A stretch of 63,463 nt of DNA, counting the filler, from Collodictyon triciliatum (lineage: Eukaryota): NCBI GenBank assembly GCA_043381765.1. It is 6 parts of 6 records of this genome, joined end to end, with 100 filler letters (N's around TTAATTAATTAA, not from the genome) between each part and the next. Parts side by side here need not be neighbours in the genome. Positions count along the whole stretch, not along the records: positions 33,354 to 59,542 come from JBHJMP010002692.1; 5 more parts are not named here. One strand, given 5' to 3'. Numbering within the stretch: position 1 is the first letter of the stretch; each line of letters starts with the position of its first letter. The position numbers and the translations under genes were made by a program. Positions 38,758 to 50,557 of this stretch are shown here, piece after piece. Under the pieces are notes generated by a model that ran no database searches, was not told the origin of the DNA, and saw only the letters and a list, made by a program, of their open reading frames with translations.

Positions 38758-38913
38758 TACTTTTGCTTTTGCTCTTGCTTTTGCTTATTATCATTCTCAT
38801 CGATATCATTATTATTGTTATTATCATTATTTTTTCTTTGTGTATTTTCAGTCGGTGCCGTTTTGAAAAGACCAAGGAAAGAATAAGCGGGGAAGAACTG
38901 TTCTGCGTCAGAG

Positions 38914-40826
38914 ATGGAGTTTTCCAAAGGGAATCTCCAGCGGTTCTTTTGCAAGGATGTGTGTTGCATCACCGCTGCTTCGCTGTCCTCCTTGGAAGAG
39001 GCTCATATTCAAACATTCGGCCTTGTCATCGACTCGCTCGGCCGTGCTTCAGCCAAGGTGAATATATTGTTCATCTTCAAACGAGCACATGCAATTCTTT
39101 TCTTTCTTTTCTTATTTCATGGGAGTTTTGATCATTCCAAGAGGGAGAAGAGGATTCACCATCACAAGCAAATATCAGTTCATTTTTTCTTACATTTTTC
39201 TGCATAATATTGTAGTTTTTTTTATCTTATCTTTCTAGAATGCGCACCACTTTTCGACGTTCCCATTTTTTTTCTCGTTTGCTATAATTTGATATGCACT
39301 TTAATTTTTATTCAAATTCGAATACAACGCTATCTGCATCTGTATATATGTAAGGCTCGAAATCTAGCCTCGCCGCTCACCACACTAGCTAGAATCATGA
39401 ATCCTGAGTGCAAATTACTGGTGGCTAATATGCCTCCATCCAAGCTGCTTGGTTATGTTCTTGTCTGCCGGAAACTGGTTACTTTGAAGGTGTTCATCAA
39501 CAGAAAATCAGTGAATTAATTCTAGTTATTGCGATGGATGTTTCTATTTTTATTTTATATTTTTACTTTTTGTGAATAAAATAGAGGATAGTTGATATGT
39601 ATACCGACAAAAGGCTTCCGTTTTCCTTGCCGAATGTAATCTCATTATATTTGCTCCCCAGGATTCCATCGGTATGGTTAAGGAATTGGAGGCCATGTGC
39701 GTATTAGATATGTATGTTGCCCCACAATATCACCGGACGGGCATCGGCTCTCTCCTGTTTGAAAGGTTACTGGAGGTTTGTGGAAGATGTTCCGTGCTGC
39801 ACACGATTGATATTGTATTATTATATATGTATTAAGAATAATGTAATATCAACTCTCCCCTGTGCTTCTTTCTTCTTTTCTTTCTTTCTTCTTTTCTTTC
39901 TTTCTTCTTTTCTTTCTTTCTTCTTTTCTTTCTTTCTTCTTTTCTTTCTTTCTTCTTTTAAGAGATTTCAATAGACTTCATCTGCTGATGACCTGACCTC
40001 AAAAAACATACAGGAAGAAAACACAAGCGTTTCAAGTTTGGTGTTTGAGTCGCCAACTCCGGAGTTCCTATCTTTCCTGTCAAAAAACTTTTCTCTAGTG
40101 AAAACAATTGAGCAAACACACCACTCGGTCGTTTTTGAGCAATTTTTTTCAGATGGTTAGTTGCCTCGAACACTTACATCATTGTTTTGTCTCTTAACCA
40201 TGTTTTATTGCCCTTTACATTTCCTTCGTTTTCTGTCTTACTGTGTGTACTTATCTTAGTATCCTTTGTGCCATTAACTTTATCGACTTTGCACTAGCGG
40301 CAATAACTGGGACTCGGCCCGTTGGTTCCACTTTATCCATGCGACCCAGCTTACAAGAGATTCGCATCATTCGCACAGGCTCAAGTATCACAGGAGGTCG
40401 GCGTGATGAAGGTGTCGCTGTATTAGGCACGTATTTCCCTTTAAAATTGCGAACTTCATACGCAGCTTACATTAATATACTACATTCTTTACGTGCTTAT
40501 GATTATTGTTATGATTGTTATTGTCTGTTAGCGCTAGTATTTCATGGTGAAGCGAAACAAGCTGTTTAATGCTTATTTTATTTCATGTCATTGTACTAAT
40601 CGAAATATCTGTTTAATTTGTTGCCGTGATTTCAGATGATGGCCATAGAAAATCCTCTGGTGAATCCAAACCAGCCTTGTCGCTTGAATTGGTTGGACTC
40701 TCTGTCGGGCAACAAGCACCCATAGCTGTACTTTTATACAATACACACCACATAACTTTTCTTTGAGTTAGCCGAGACAAAAGAAAAAAAAAATAGTCCA
40801 TGGCATAATTATTGATAATATCGCGC

Positions 40827-40875
<49 letters not shown>

Positions 40876-40901
40876 AGAGAAAAAATTTTTAAATAATTGC
40901 G

Positions 40902-40937
<36 letters not shown>

Positions 40938-41846
40938 CTGAAGATGAGTAGTATGTCTCTCGGCTGATATGAAAACAAAATGAACATATCATGCCCTAAG
41001 TTTAAACTGGTTCATAAACAGCGAACCCCTTCTGCCGGTAGAAGAAAAGGAATACCCCAGTCGAATGCAGAAAACACTGCAGCACAGACAGCTCGAAGGC
41101 CTCCATCCAGACGATCCGATAACCGAACCGGCTTTCTGGCCGATCCAGATCCTCGAACGAACGACTCACCAAAAGGCATTCCTTTCGGATCTTCAAACAC
41201 TATGCCAGTTAACAGAAGAACATCCCACAATGCCTTTCCTTCTGCACCGGTCACACTCCGTTCCTTCTTGGAACCTGCTCAAACATGCGTCTTTGTCTCA
41301 AACGCCACCGAGATTCCAAACGCACTTCCAAAAGCTGCTGATATTATACCGCCTTGGGAGGTTGAGAATGCCGCAAACACGAGCGAGCCTTGTCTCGATG
41401 AGGTCCCTTCTCGACCATCCTCTGTGAATTCTCCCACCAGCGTGAAGATACGCGACCTGTCCAATTTTTCGTTGAATCCCAGGTTTCTTCTGATATATTT
41501 TTAATTTAATTTTTTTATGCAAGATTGCAACTTGGTCATAATATTATCATATCATCAACACAATAGGGTTATTGACAAGGAAGAAGATGTTCATCGACCG
41601 CGCAACGGGTATTGTCTCTCTTCGATGCCACTTTACTATCTCCATGTAAAATCATAGTCCCCGTTTCTCTTTTTCATTATTTTTTCTACTTTTTTTTCTA
41701 CTTTTTTTTCTACTTTTTTTTCTACTTTTTTTTCTACTTTTTTTTCTACTTTTTTTTCTACTTTTTTTCTACTTTTTTTTTACTTTTTTNTTTTTTTCTA
41801 CTTTTTTTTCTACTTTTTTTTCTACTTTTTTTTCTACTTTTTTTTC

Positions 41847-41944
<98 letters not shown>

Positions 41945-42241
41945 TTTTTCTACTTTTTTTTCTACTTTTTTTTCTACTTTTTTTTCTACTTTTTTTTTCT
42001 ACTCTTTTTCTTAATTATATCATGGACAATAAAATTGTCTAAAACTGTCTTGCTCGCTCGATTTCGAACCAGGCGGCGTGAACTGAAGCTTGGTGGGGTC
42101 AACGCGCTCCCATCTCTTCGCCCGATGCTCGGAGCTCCAACAGATGAGACCGATGGTGCTCCGGGGCCTCTTACACTGGGTGCACGTCTTCGTTCGCCTT
42201 CCAACGTGAAACCTCGCCGAACACGGTCTTTAGTTTCGTAA
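38914..42241 (+). CDS. ATAT1: Alpha-tubulin N-acetyltransferase (ATAT1/MEC-17)-like, divergent, with a long disordered C-terminus
   Basis: Spliced exons give MEF...VIDSLGRASAK|ARNLASPLTT...LLGYVLV...AMCVLDMYVAPQYHRTGIGSLLFERLLE|EE...LVFESPTPEFLSFLSKNFSL...VVFEQFF, colinear with the human ATAT1 catalytic domain as recalled. Exons after 40155 are less certain. Confidence 0.85.
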
Positions 42242-43100
42242 CCATAGCTTAGGGTATTCGGTGATTCAGGAGGGGAAAAGTATATGTACAATACTTGCAA
42301 TTAATAGATTTTGACTTTATATCACTGGGATGGCCCAGAAAAGGTTAGAGTTCTTTCAGTTGAATTATATTTGCATCATGCTGAATATCCAAGCTTTTTT
42401 TGATGTATACGAAAATACAGTGGCCGTTTTTTTCTTTCTATAACTCCAGCAGCGCAGCGTGAAGCTCAACTCACCACTATCTCCTATTTTTAAGTATTTT
42501 TTTTTGTTGCTGTTCCTTCTTTGTTTCTTTATGTCTTATCTTTATTTATCTCTCGAACACATTTTTCTTTTTCGTCCTCCACGACTCAATTACATTCTTA
42601 TATGAAAACCTTCAATCTATTCCCGTGTATTTGTTCCCTCTAAACAACCCCAAGACAAAATCCCCCTGTTTCTGCATGCACCTGTATAATTTTGTTAGAG
42701 AGGAAGGATAAGGGAAGAAGTATTTGATCCTACTCACCAATGGCTCTGCGCACATTTCGAACGAGCTAGAGCCGGAGTTTAAAAGGAAGCGTGAGAGTGA
42801 AAGAAAAAGAAAAGAAAAAAGAAGTAAGCCGAGTCAGACGTGGTCCCAAACACACAAGCTATCTATTGCTCGGCATTATCTTCCTTGATTCACTAACACA
42901 GCAACCACAAAGAGCCTCGAGTGGGAAGTCATCATTGGTGCACTTTTGACCTCTAGACATTTATTCTCTACGCAACGCACGTGTAGAAAAGCACCTTCTG
43001 TCGCTCATCACGGAACGCAGGAGCATCATCCGTGCACACTACGAAGCTGCCTCTCATGGACAGCCTCCATACTCCGGGCTCATCGGCCTGTCTTGTCCCA

Positions 43101-46100
43101 TCACAGCCACCATTCAGCCTCGACACTTGGCAAGTCTGACGCAGCGGGTCGGTGGACCGGATCTGGGGAAAGGCAGCGGGAAATCCACGGCCGGATGAGC
43201 AGGCCAGGCTCTCCGCCTTCTGGACCGCGGTCAAGGGTGCGCAACTCCTCAAGAAGTGTGCCGAACGCGAATATGTCCCCTGCCGGGTGGAGAGTCCCTG
43301 ATGAAAGAGTCTGTGTGGTGTGAATGGTTCTGCGATTAAGTCCTTGATTGACTTTGTCGTTGCGGAAGGTGAGATGTAATTATTGTGCGATGTTTCCTGT
43401 GCGATGTTTCCTGTGCGTCACCTCTGGAGCCCGATACTTTCGTCTTAGGAACTCGGACCCGCTGCATTCGCAGGCAAGGTCTATGGAGAAACCAAACGAC
43501 CCCAAGAGAACATGGCAATCGTCTCGTTCGATGATGCTACGGCGAATCTGTGGCATTCATTATATATGTATAGCAATTAAGATGGTAAAGTCTTCAAAGG
43601 TTCCTCTATAAAACTCTCAATACACACAGGCGACCTCAGAGAAATCATGTGTCATGGGATTGCGGGTTATGATTCCCTTTGGTTTCTTTTGGATATTACA
43701 TACAAGTATGTTGTGTGGACTCAAAGCGTTGAATGATATTGGGTTAGGTAGCCCGTGCAGATGCCTAAGCGCGCCTAGGGTATGATTGGCTACTTGGCAC
43801 CTGACAAGATATAAACAGTATGACTGTTGGACGAGAGGGTTATGCTAGTGACGCTGTTATTTATGTGATAAGTGTGTTGCGTACTTGATATTGGAATCAA
43901 TGCGCTCTGGACTTCCAGACATCACCGATGACAATAGCTCAAAGTCAAACCCCTTCATTACTATGGCCAGAATCGGAGGAACGAAATGACCCCCAAGCAC
44001 CGATGCAATGTGCGGATGTTTGATATTTCTGTTTGTGTATTGATGGCATTATAGATTGATCCCACGGATAAAGGACTTCGGTTTCATTACCGCCCATCTT
44101 ATTATATGGCGGAAGGAAACTATTCACACAATCAGAAACAACAAAATAGTATTCAATCTGGAAGACAAACGTCAGTTTTGCGACGATGGCCTTGAAAGAA
44201 AGCAAACTCTGCTTCGACTGGTGTTGACATAAGACCTCTCTCACTATGACTTGACTTCCCTGTGCATAATTTTTTAAGCTTTTTTCAGACATATATAGCA
44301 ATTAGGGAACTTGAAACTTATTATTGCGTATTAAATTTGCTTGAAAAAAAAGGGGATGCTTTGTACTCTTTTCTCTCTTTTTCTTTTTCTTTTTCTTTTT
44401 TATATTTATCTTTATCTATATCTTTATCTTTATCTTTATCTTTATCTTTATCTTTATCTTTATCTTTATCTTTATCTTTATCTTTATCTTTATCTTTATC
44501 TTTATCTTTATCTTTATCTTTGTCTTTATCTGCGTTGCCTTAAGTCGATACATACCTGGGGTGTGGATATGTACATGGTGCCCAATGGACCGGAGGATAT
44601 GTCTCGCCTACCAATGGCAAGAGATTTCCAGTCAAACTCGAAGCGAATGGTCTGGTTTTTCTCCGTGTAATCAACGCTGCGACTCACTCCTAGTGAGGAA
44701 ATATGAAAACGAAAATACATTATTTTAACATGTTGATGGTGATATTGTGTGTGTAGAATATAGACTCCTACTAGGTGAACCAAGCGAGAAAAAAATTAGA
44801 AAAGTGTGTAATGCCAATATTGAGCTTATTCTTTAGTTGCTTGCCTGTAAGATCGACGAGACCTGGTATCTATGTGAATGAAATGAAATTGTACACATGA
44901 TAACAGATATTGTAAGTATAAGAGAAAAGTTGTAGCTAGATATACAAGAGCTTGCATAATTTTCATCTTTTCTTAAATTAAACACTTTTCTTATTCTTTT
45001 TTATTTTATTTTTCTAGAAATAATGGAGATATGTGAGCCTGTGGATTTCCACGATTCTAGTTGATATGTTATATGCTCCCACCTTTAAAATTTTGTGCGT
45101 TGCGTGGTCTCTTTGAGAGAAATATTGGGTCCGACTTTTAAGCGACATTGGCAATAGCTAATTGAATTTAAAAAAAGTATATATATATATATTTTCCTAC
45201 CAATCTTGGAGACTGACTCGAAATATATTTGAATGAGAATGCATGTATTGCGTAAATTAAGGGGAAAAAAGCAAAAGAAAGTTGCAAGCCTGGTGACTCG
45301 TGATTTTCATATTTTTGATGTTTTTTTTAAAAAAAAAAAAGAAATTAATAACTTCGTGAAATCTCGTTTAAAATTGATGGGGAGTGAAATATCAGGCATG
45401 TCAACCTCATAGTGTCTTAAATCGCCTCTTGCTGCCGGGCATAGTCGGGTGTTGTATCTCTTAATCGCTGCGGACCTTGACAGGCGCTGAACATTATGAA
45501 ATTATATAGCTTTGAATCAAATAAAAGGAAAAATTATGAAATCAAAAACTACTTATTCTGTGCGAATAGTTTTTTTTTTTTAAAAAAAAAAAAAAGGACA
45601 TATTTCGTTTGTGGAAGAGCCTGGGAATTAAATCAACCTCATAGTATTCGTACGAGCAAATGATTTGCCCACCATAGCAGGACATAATTAGTTTATCAGC
45701 CTCCTTGAGTATCTGATAGAGTTTTGATATAAAAAAAGATAGGAGAAATAAATCTGAAGTAGGAGAGCTGGACTGTTCGTTCTGCTTCTGGAACGGTGAT
45801 ATGGTTTTTGAAAGGAAAAAAATTACCGAATCAGCTATCAATGTATTTGTGTGTGCGTTTGAACCAGTTTGTTCCTGGTATGTAATAGCCTATTATGCCG
45901 ATTTTTGTCATGTCAATATCGTTTATCAACTATAAACTTTGTGTTTTCATGATGTGAGATATAGAAAAAAAAAGGTAAAGAGAAATGAAGACCATTTTGA
46001 CGCAAAGGCCTTGAAAAGGAGGACTGTGCTTCACAGCTTCGTAGAATTCATATAACTCGAATGGCCATTCGTAGTTTAATAGAGCTGATTGAAAATCGCT

Positions 46101-49100
46101 GCAGCATCTATATGGTGGGTATATTTTCCATACGATTGTAGGCGAAGGAAAAAAACCGTACGAAATGTAAGATTGGGAGAAATTCAAAACTTGCCTTATT
46201 AATCTATGTTTCTATTCAATTTTATGGCATGTATGTATGTATGTATGTATGTATGTATGTATGTATGTATGTATGTATGTATGTATGTATGTATGTATGT
46301 ATGTATGTATGTATGTATGTATGTATGTATCCCTTTTTTTTTTCTTCTTTTTTTACGTATTTCAGTTTGTAAATTGGATATTCATATAAATAGAATTCAA
46401 AATAAAAAAATCGGTTAAATTTACTCAAGGACTTCCTCTCCATGATTAAATAACAGCCACACATTAGAATTTCGCTTCCGCAAAATACTTGGTCTCCATT
46501 TTTTTGTGACCTTAAAAAAACCAATTCATATACGATGTGTAGATAAAATTTAGTAAAGTAATATTGCTTTTGTTTAAAATAAAAAAAAATACGGACCATC
46601 CGCCCTTATATGATATAAATAAAATAAGAAAAAAAAGTCAATTATATAAGCAATCAGACATATGCAGAGACGTATATAATAAACTTACTTGAAGAAGAAG
46701 TGTATCAAAAATATCCAATACCCGTAGCATTTTATCCGTCAAAGCCAACCACATTTCATTCTCAAACTCTATTTCCATCACAACAACAAAGTATTCTGTA
46801 TTGATCTCACGTATGGATGCATTTGAGAACCTCCTCTGAATAGACAGTTTTGTCAGATGCCTGATTCTTGACTTCAAAATGGTTATCGATGAGGCAAAGA
46901 ATAATCACTAAAGAAACGAAATGTTACATGATTTGCGACATCTTGATCCTCTTCAAATCCAACTCTAATTGACTAGGATGGTTAAATATATCAGTTTTAC
47001 GGGAAGCCATTAGTTTCAATGACACTAAAGTAACCATAGTAGATGTGTTACTAAGTCAAAAAAATTGGCATTAAATATTCAAAGTATTAAATTCATAAAA
47101 AAAAAATTTTTAAAAAAAAAACATCCAATGAGTGATATTTAGATTGTTATTATTTTAGGTATTCAAATGACACTATTTCCTCAACACAATGAATCTGTAT
47201 CAAATAAGTGTGACACACCTTTAAATGATCGATGATAGCAGAAAAATCAAGCCTTTTTGACGGGTCAGCCTTCCAATTTTTTTCCATTATTAATCGAAAT
47301 TCGTAAATGCATCCATCTGGTATTGGTGGACGGCGATTGTCGTTCACAACCAAAGACAATAGGGCCATTTCATTTCGAATATCCGAATACAACTCTTCTC
47401 TGGTCATGACTTCCCATAACATAATTGCAAAACTGTATGAATCTGCTTTGGTGGTAACCTGAGATTTTGATATTTGCTCTGGAGATAACCATGGGGTTGA
47501 ACCCAGAGTCCCTGAGACTTTATACTCAAGACCAAAGAATTGTCTCACTATTCCTCTGTTTAAAAAAAGGCACGTCATTAAAAAAAAAAAAGTTGGATAG
47601 GACTTTATTCTATCATGTGTACTATTCATTAAATACTTAATGCAAATTAGTATATTATTTCCTACCCAACTTTTACATGCAAGTGTGAATCAACCTAATC
47701 AAAGACCATCAAATCAAATTAGAAAAAATTGTTCTCTTTTAGAAATGTGATACCAAAAGGAAATTGAAAAAAAACTATCCAACAGGGAAAGGAAGGGGAA
47801 AGGGTTATTTATTTATTTATTTTTACCATGATAACAACACTTGATAGATTTCCATGTATTACTGGATTTCGACAGTTATGCAAAAAGTACACTCCTAAAC
47901 AAAGAATAAGAAGTAATGTGAAAATCGAAGTCAAAGTACAATTCGTTTTCATTGGAAAAAATCATCCAATTAATTCTAAAGCTTTAAATTTTCGGGTACG
48001 AATCATCTTAACGTAAGTTACCCTGAGCTATCTGCAACAAGATGTCGACTTTGGTCTCGAGATTCAGCAAGCGCGAGCCCCTCAAGAGACTGTTCAATGA
48101 CCCTTCGTTCATGAATTCAGATAAAACATATATGAATTCATTGTCATGAGTTGTACCCATGTAAAGAAGAATGTTTGGGTGGCGATAGGACCTATGGAAA
48201 AATTAACTTGTCAATATTTTCTTTAATTTTTTCCAGACATACAAAGGTTTTACTAGATAGATATGTCGCTTATATGTGTAATTTAAAGGTTGGCATAATA
48301 ATAATACTTTGAATCGAATAAAGGGAAAAAAAGTTGGCATAATACGATATTTGAATCAAGGTGTCCTCATGCAGGTCAATATTGCCTATTTCTTTGGAAA
48401 TTTTTTCTATATCAACGTAAATTCCTCTTATCTTCCCGTACATTCCCTTTAGAGTTACAGTAATAAGTGAAAATAGATATTCAAAAAATGCCAAAAGAAT
48501 TACAGTTTTTTTATGACTCGAATTGTTTATGATTTGAGAAGATTATATACAGTAGGAATTCGGTGGGGTACATATGACCCTTCAATTTGAAGTTGTTCAC
48601 GCTCAAAGACTAACAGTCGCTTCTTGACTTTTCTTCGAGAAATACGTATTTTGCCGCCATAAAATCGAACAATCACGAAAGCGGCAAAGACCACCACGAT
48701 AAACAATGTTACAGGCGTTATAATCACGACTAAATTCCTATACGAAGACTCTGTGCATTGCGACATTAGATTTCAGCAAAAAATATATATTTGTTTCTCT
48801 ACATGGAATATTTCACTGATTACCTGAATTCTCATTCTCACTGGTTTCGCATTCATACTAATCCAAAAAAAAAAAAAAAGGATAATAAAAAAAAAAAAAA
48901 TAATTTTTAAAAAATTATTACTATTAAAATTAAAANNNNNNNNNNNNNNNNNNNNNNNNNNNNNNNNNNNNNNNNNNNNNNNNNNNNNNNNNNNNNNNNN
49001 NNNNNNNNNNNNNNNNNNNNNNNNNNNNNNNNNNNNNNNNNNNNNNNNNNNNNNNNNNNNNNNNNNNNNNNNNNNNNNNNNNNNNNNNNNNNNNNNNNNN

Positions 49101-50518
49101 NNNNNNNNNNNNNNNNNNNNNNNNNNNNNNNNNNNNNNNNNNNNNNNNNNNCTCACTGGTTTCGCATTCATACTAATCCAAAAAAAAAAGGATGATAGTA
49201 AGAATGAAATTAATCTTTAAATAATTATGGCTGCTAAACTTGGACAAAAAAAGATAAATAAAGAACTCATCGTCTTTAATGATTTCATGTATATATTTTG
49301 CAAAAAAAAATAAAAAAAAATAATCCAGTACCTTTAAACATTCTCCTGTTTTTGATTCTGATACTACCATCGGCCCATTTTTACACTTACATCCAAAACC
49401 ATGCAGATAATAAGAGCCCAAAGGGCAAACTGCGTAAATGAAAGGATACGCATATCATTAGGAAAATTAGAGTGAAGCTCGGTTTACATAACACACAAAA
49501 TTATAGAAATTTTATCCCGCATGTAAAATATAAACATCACATTTATAACTTGGTTTATTCTCTTTTTAGAAAATATTTTACTACGCTATCTTAGAATTTT
49601 TAAAAAAAAAATCCCTTTATTTGATTCAAGTGAAGGAAGGGGTTTTAGTAGAAATTTAAAATTTGATTTTACAAACACCTGCATGGATAAGTGTAAATCC
49701 TCTAGAACCGATTTTTGTTTGTCTTGATGAATTAAAATTTACTATAATACCATATCCATCAACTTTACCGATAAACGAACCGTTACCGGTAAATGTTTCT
49801 ATGGAATCCTCTTTTCCGTTTATTCCAAAGTACCTCATTATAACCCTTTTATGCAGAAGATAAAAAAAAAGGTACTTTAATAAAAAAAAATAATAATGGC
49901 AATGGAAATTTTTACATGCCCGAAATCTACAAAACAATCAAAAGAAGCTACTGTTCAAATCTTACGCATCACCACCAGCCAAATCGTAAGTGAGGTTAAT
50001 GTGATTTGATTCATAGACAACCCATTTGCAACTTATTCCAGTGATGTATCTTGAATCCATGTTTCCGCCGTCCAGATGTTGCTCCTTGAAATTCCCGCAA
50101 CCAACGAATGATCTATCGCTGGAACAAAAACCTGGAATTATTATATTCACACAAATTATATTAGTAATTTCGTGTTATTATTTTATTATGTTATTATTAT
50201 TATTACTTATATTGATACGACTATCATTATAATTTTTGGTATTATTGTTAGTAAAATTATTGTATATTATATCACATGTAAATGATCGAATGTAATCTTA
50301 TTTAATAGTCTTCTTTTGATGATAGTAATGGGAAGTAGAAAAAGCGAGTACCAACGCTTGAGCTAGACAGGTATGAATTGAACATGGCATAGCTCTGACC
50401 GCCATAACCCCACAGCCTATTTTGAACAAGGACTGCAGAGAAGCCAAAATAAATTTGATCCGAGGTGGTAATCTTAAAATAAGGCCCTGGTATTAACTTT
50501 GATGATTCTATTGTAAAA

Positions 50519-50557
<39 letters not shown>

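Noticed and set aside
40259-40267. GTATCCTTT on the plus strand in ATAT1
   Set aside because: It is inside an intron near its 3' end, and the canonical donor at 40156 gives the in-frame join.
42946-43323. GC-rich plus-strand ORF that looked like a transposon fragment
   Set aside because: The minus strand encodes the last exon of the second pseudokinase (GDIFAFG...RCLSPDPVHRP).
48837-49200. Apparent tandem duplication of the 34-nt exon YECETSENENS on both sides of a gap
   Set aside because: The left copy's flank is an A/T-degraded version of the right copy's flank after a homopolymer, typical of read-quality decay and an unmerged contig overlap.
49441-49449. GTATCCTTT (U12 donor-like) on the minus strand
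   Set aside because: It lies about 20 nt from the AG of an ordinary GT-AG intron whose removal already keeps the frame.
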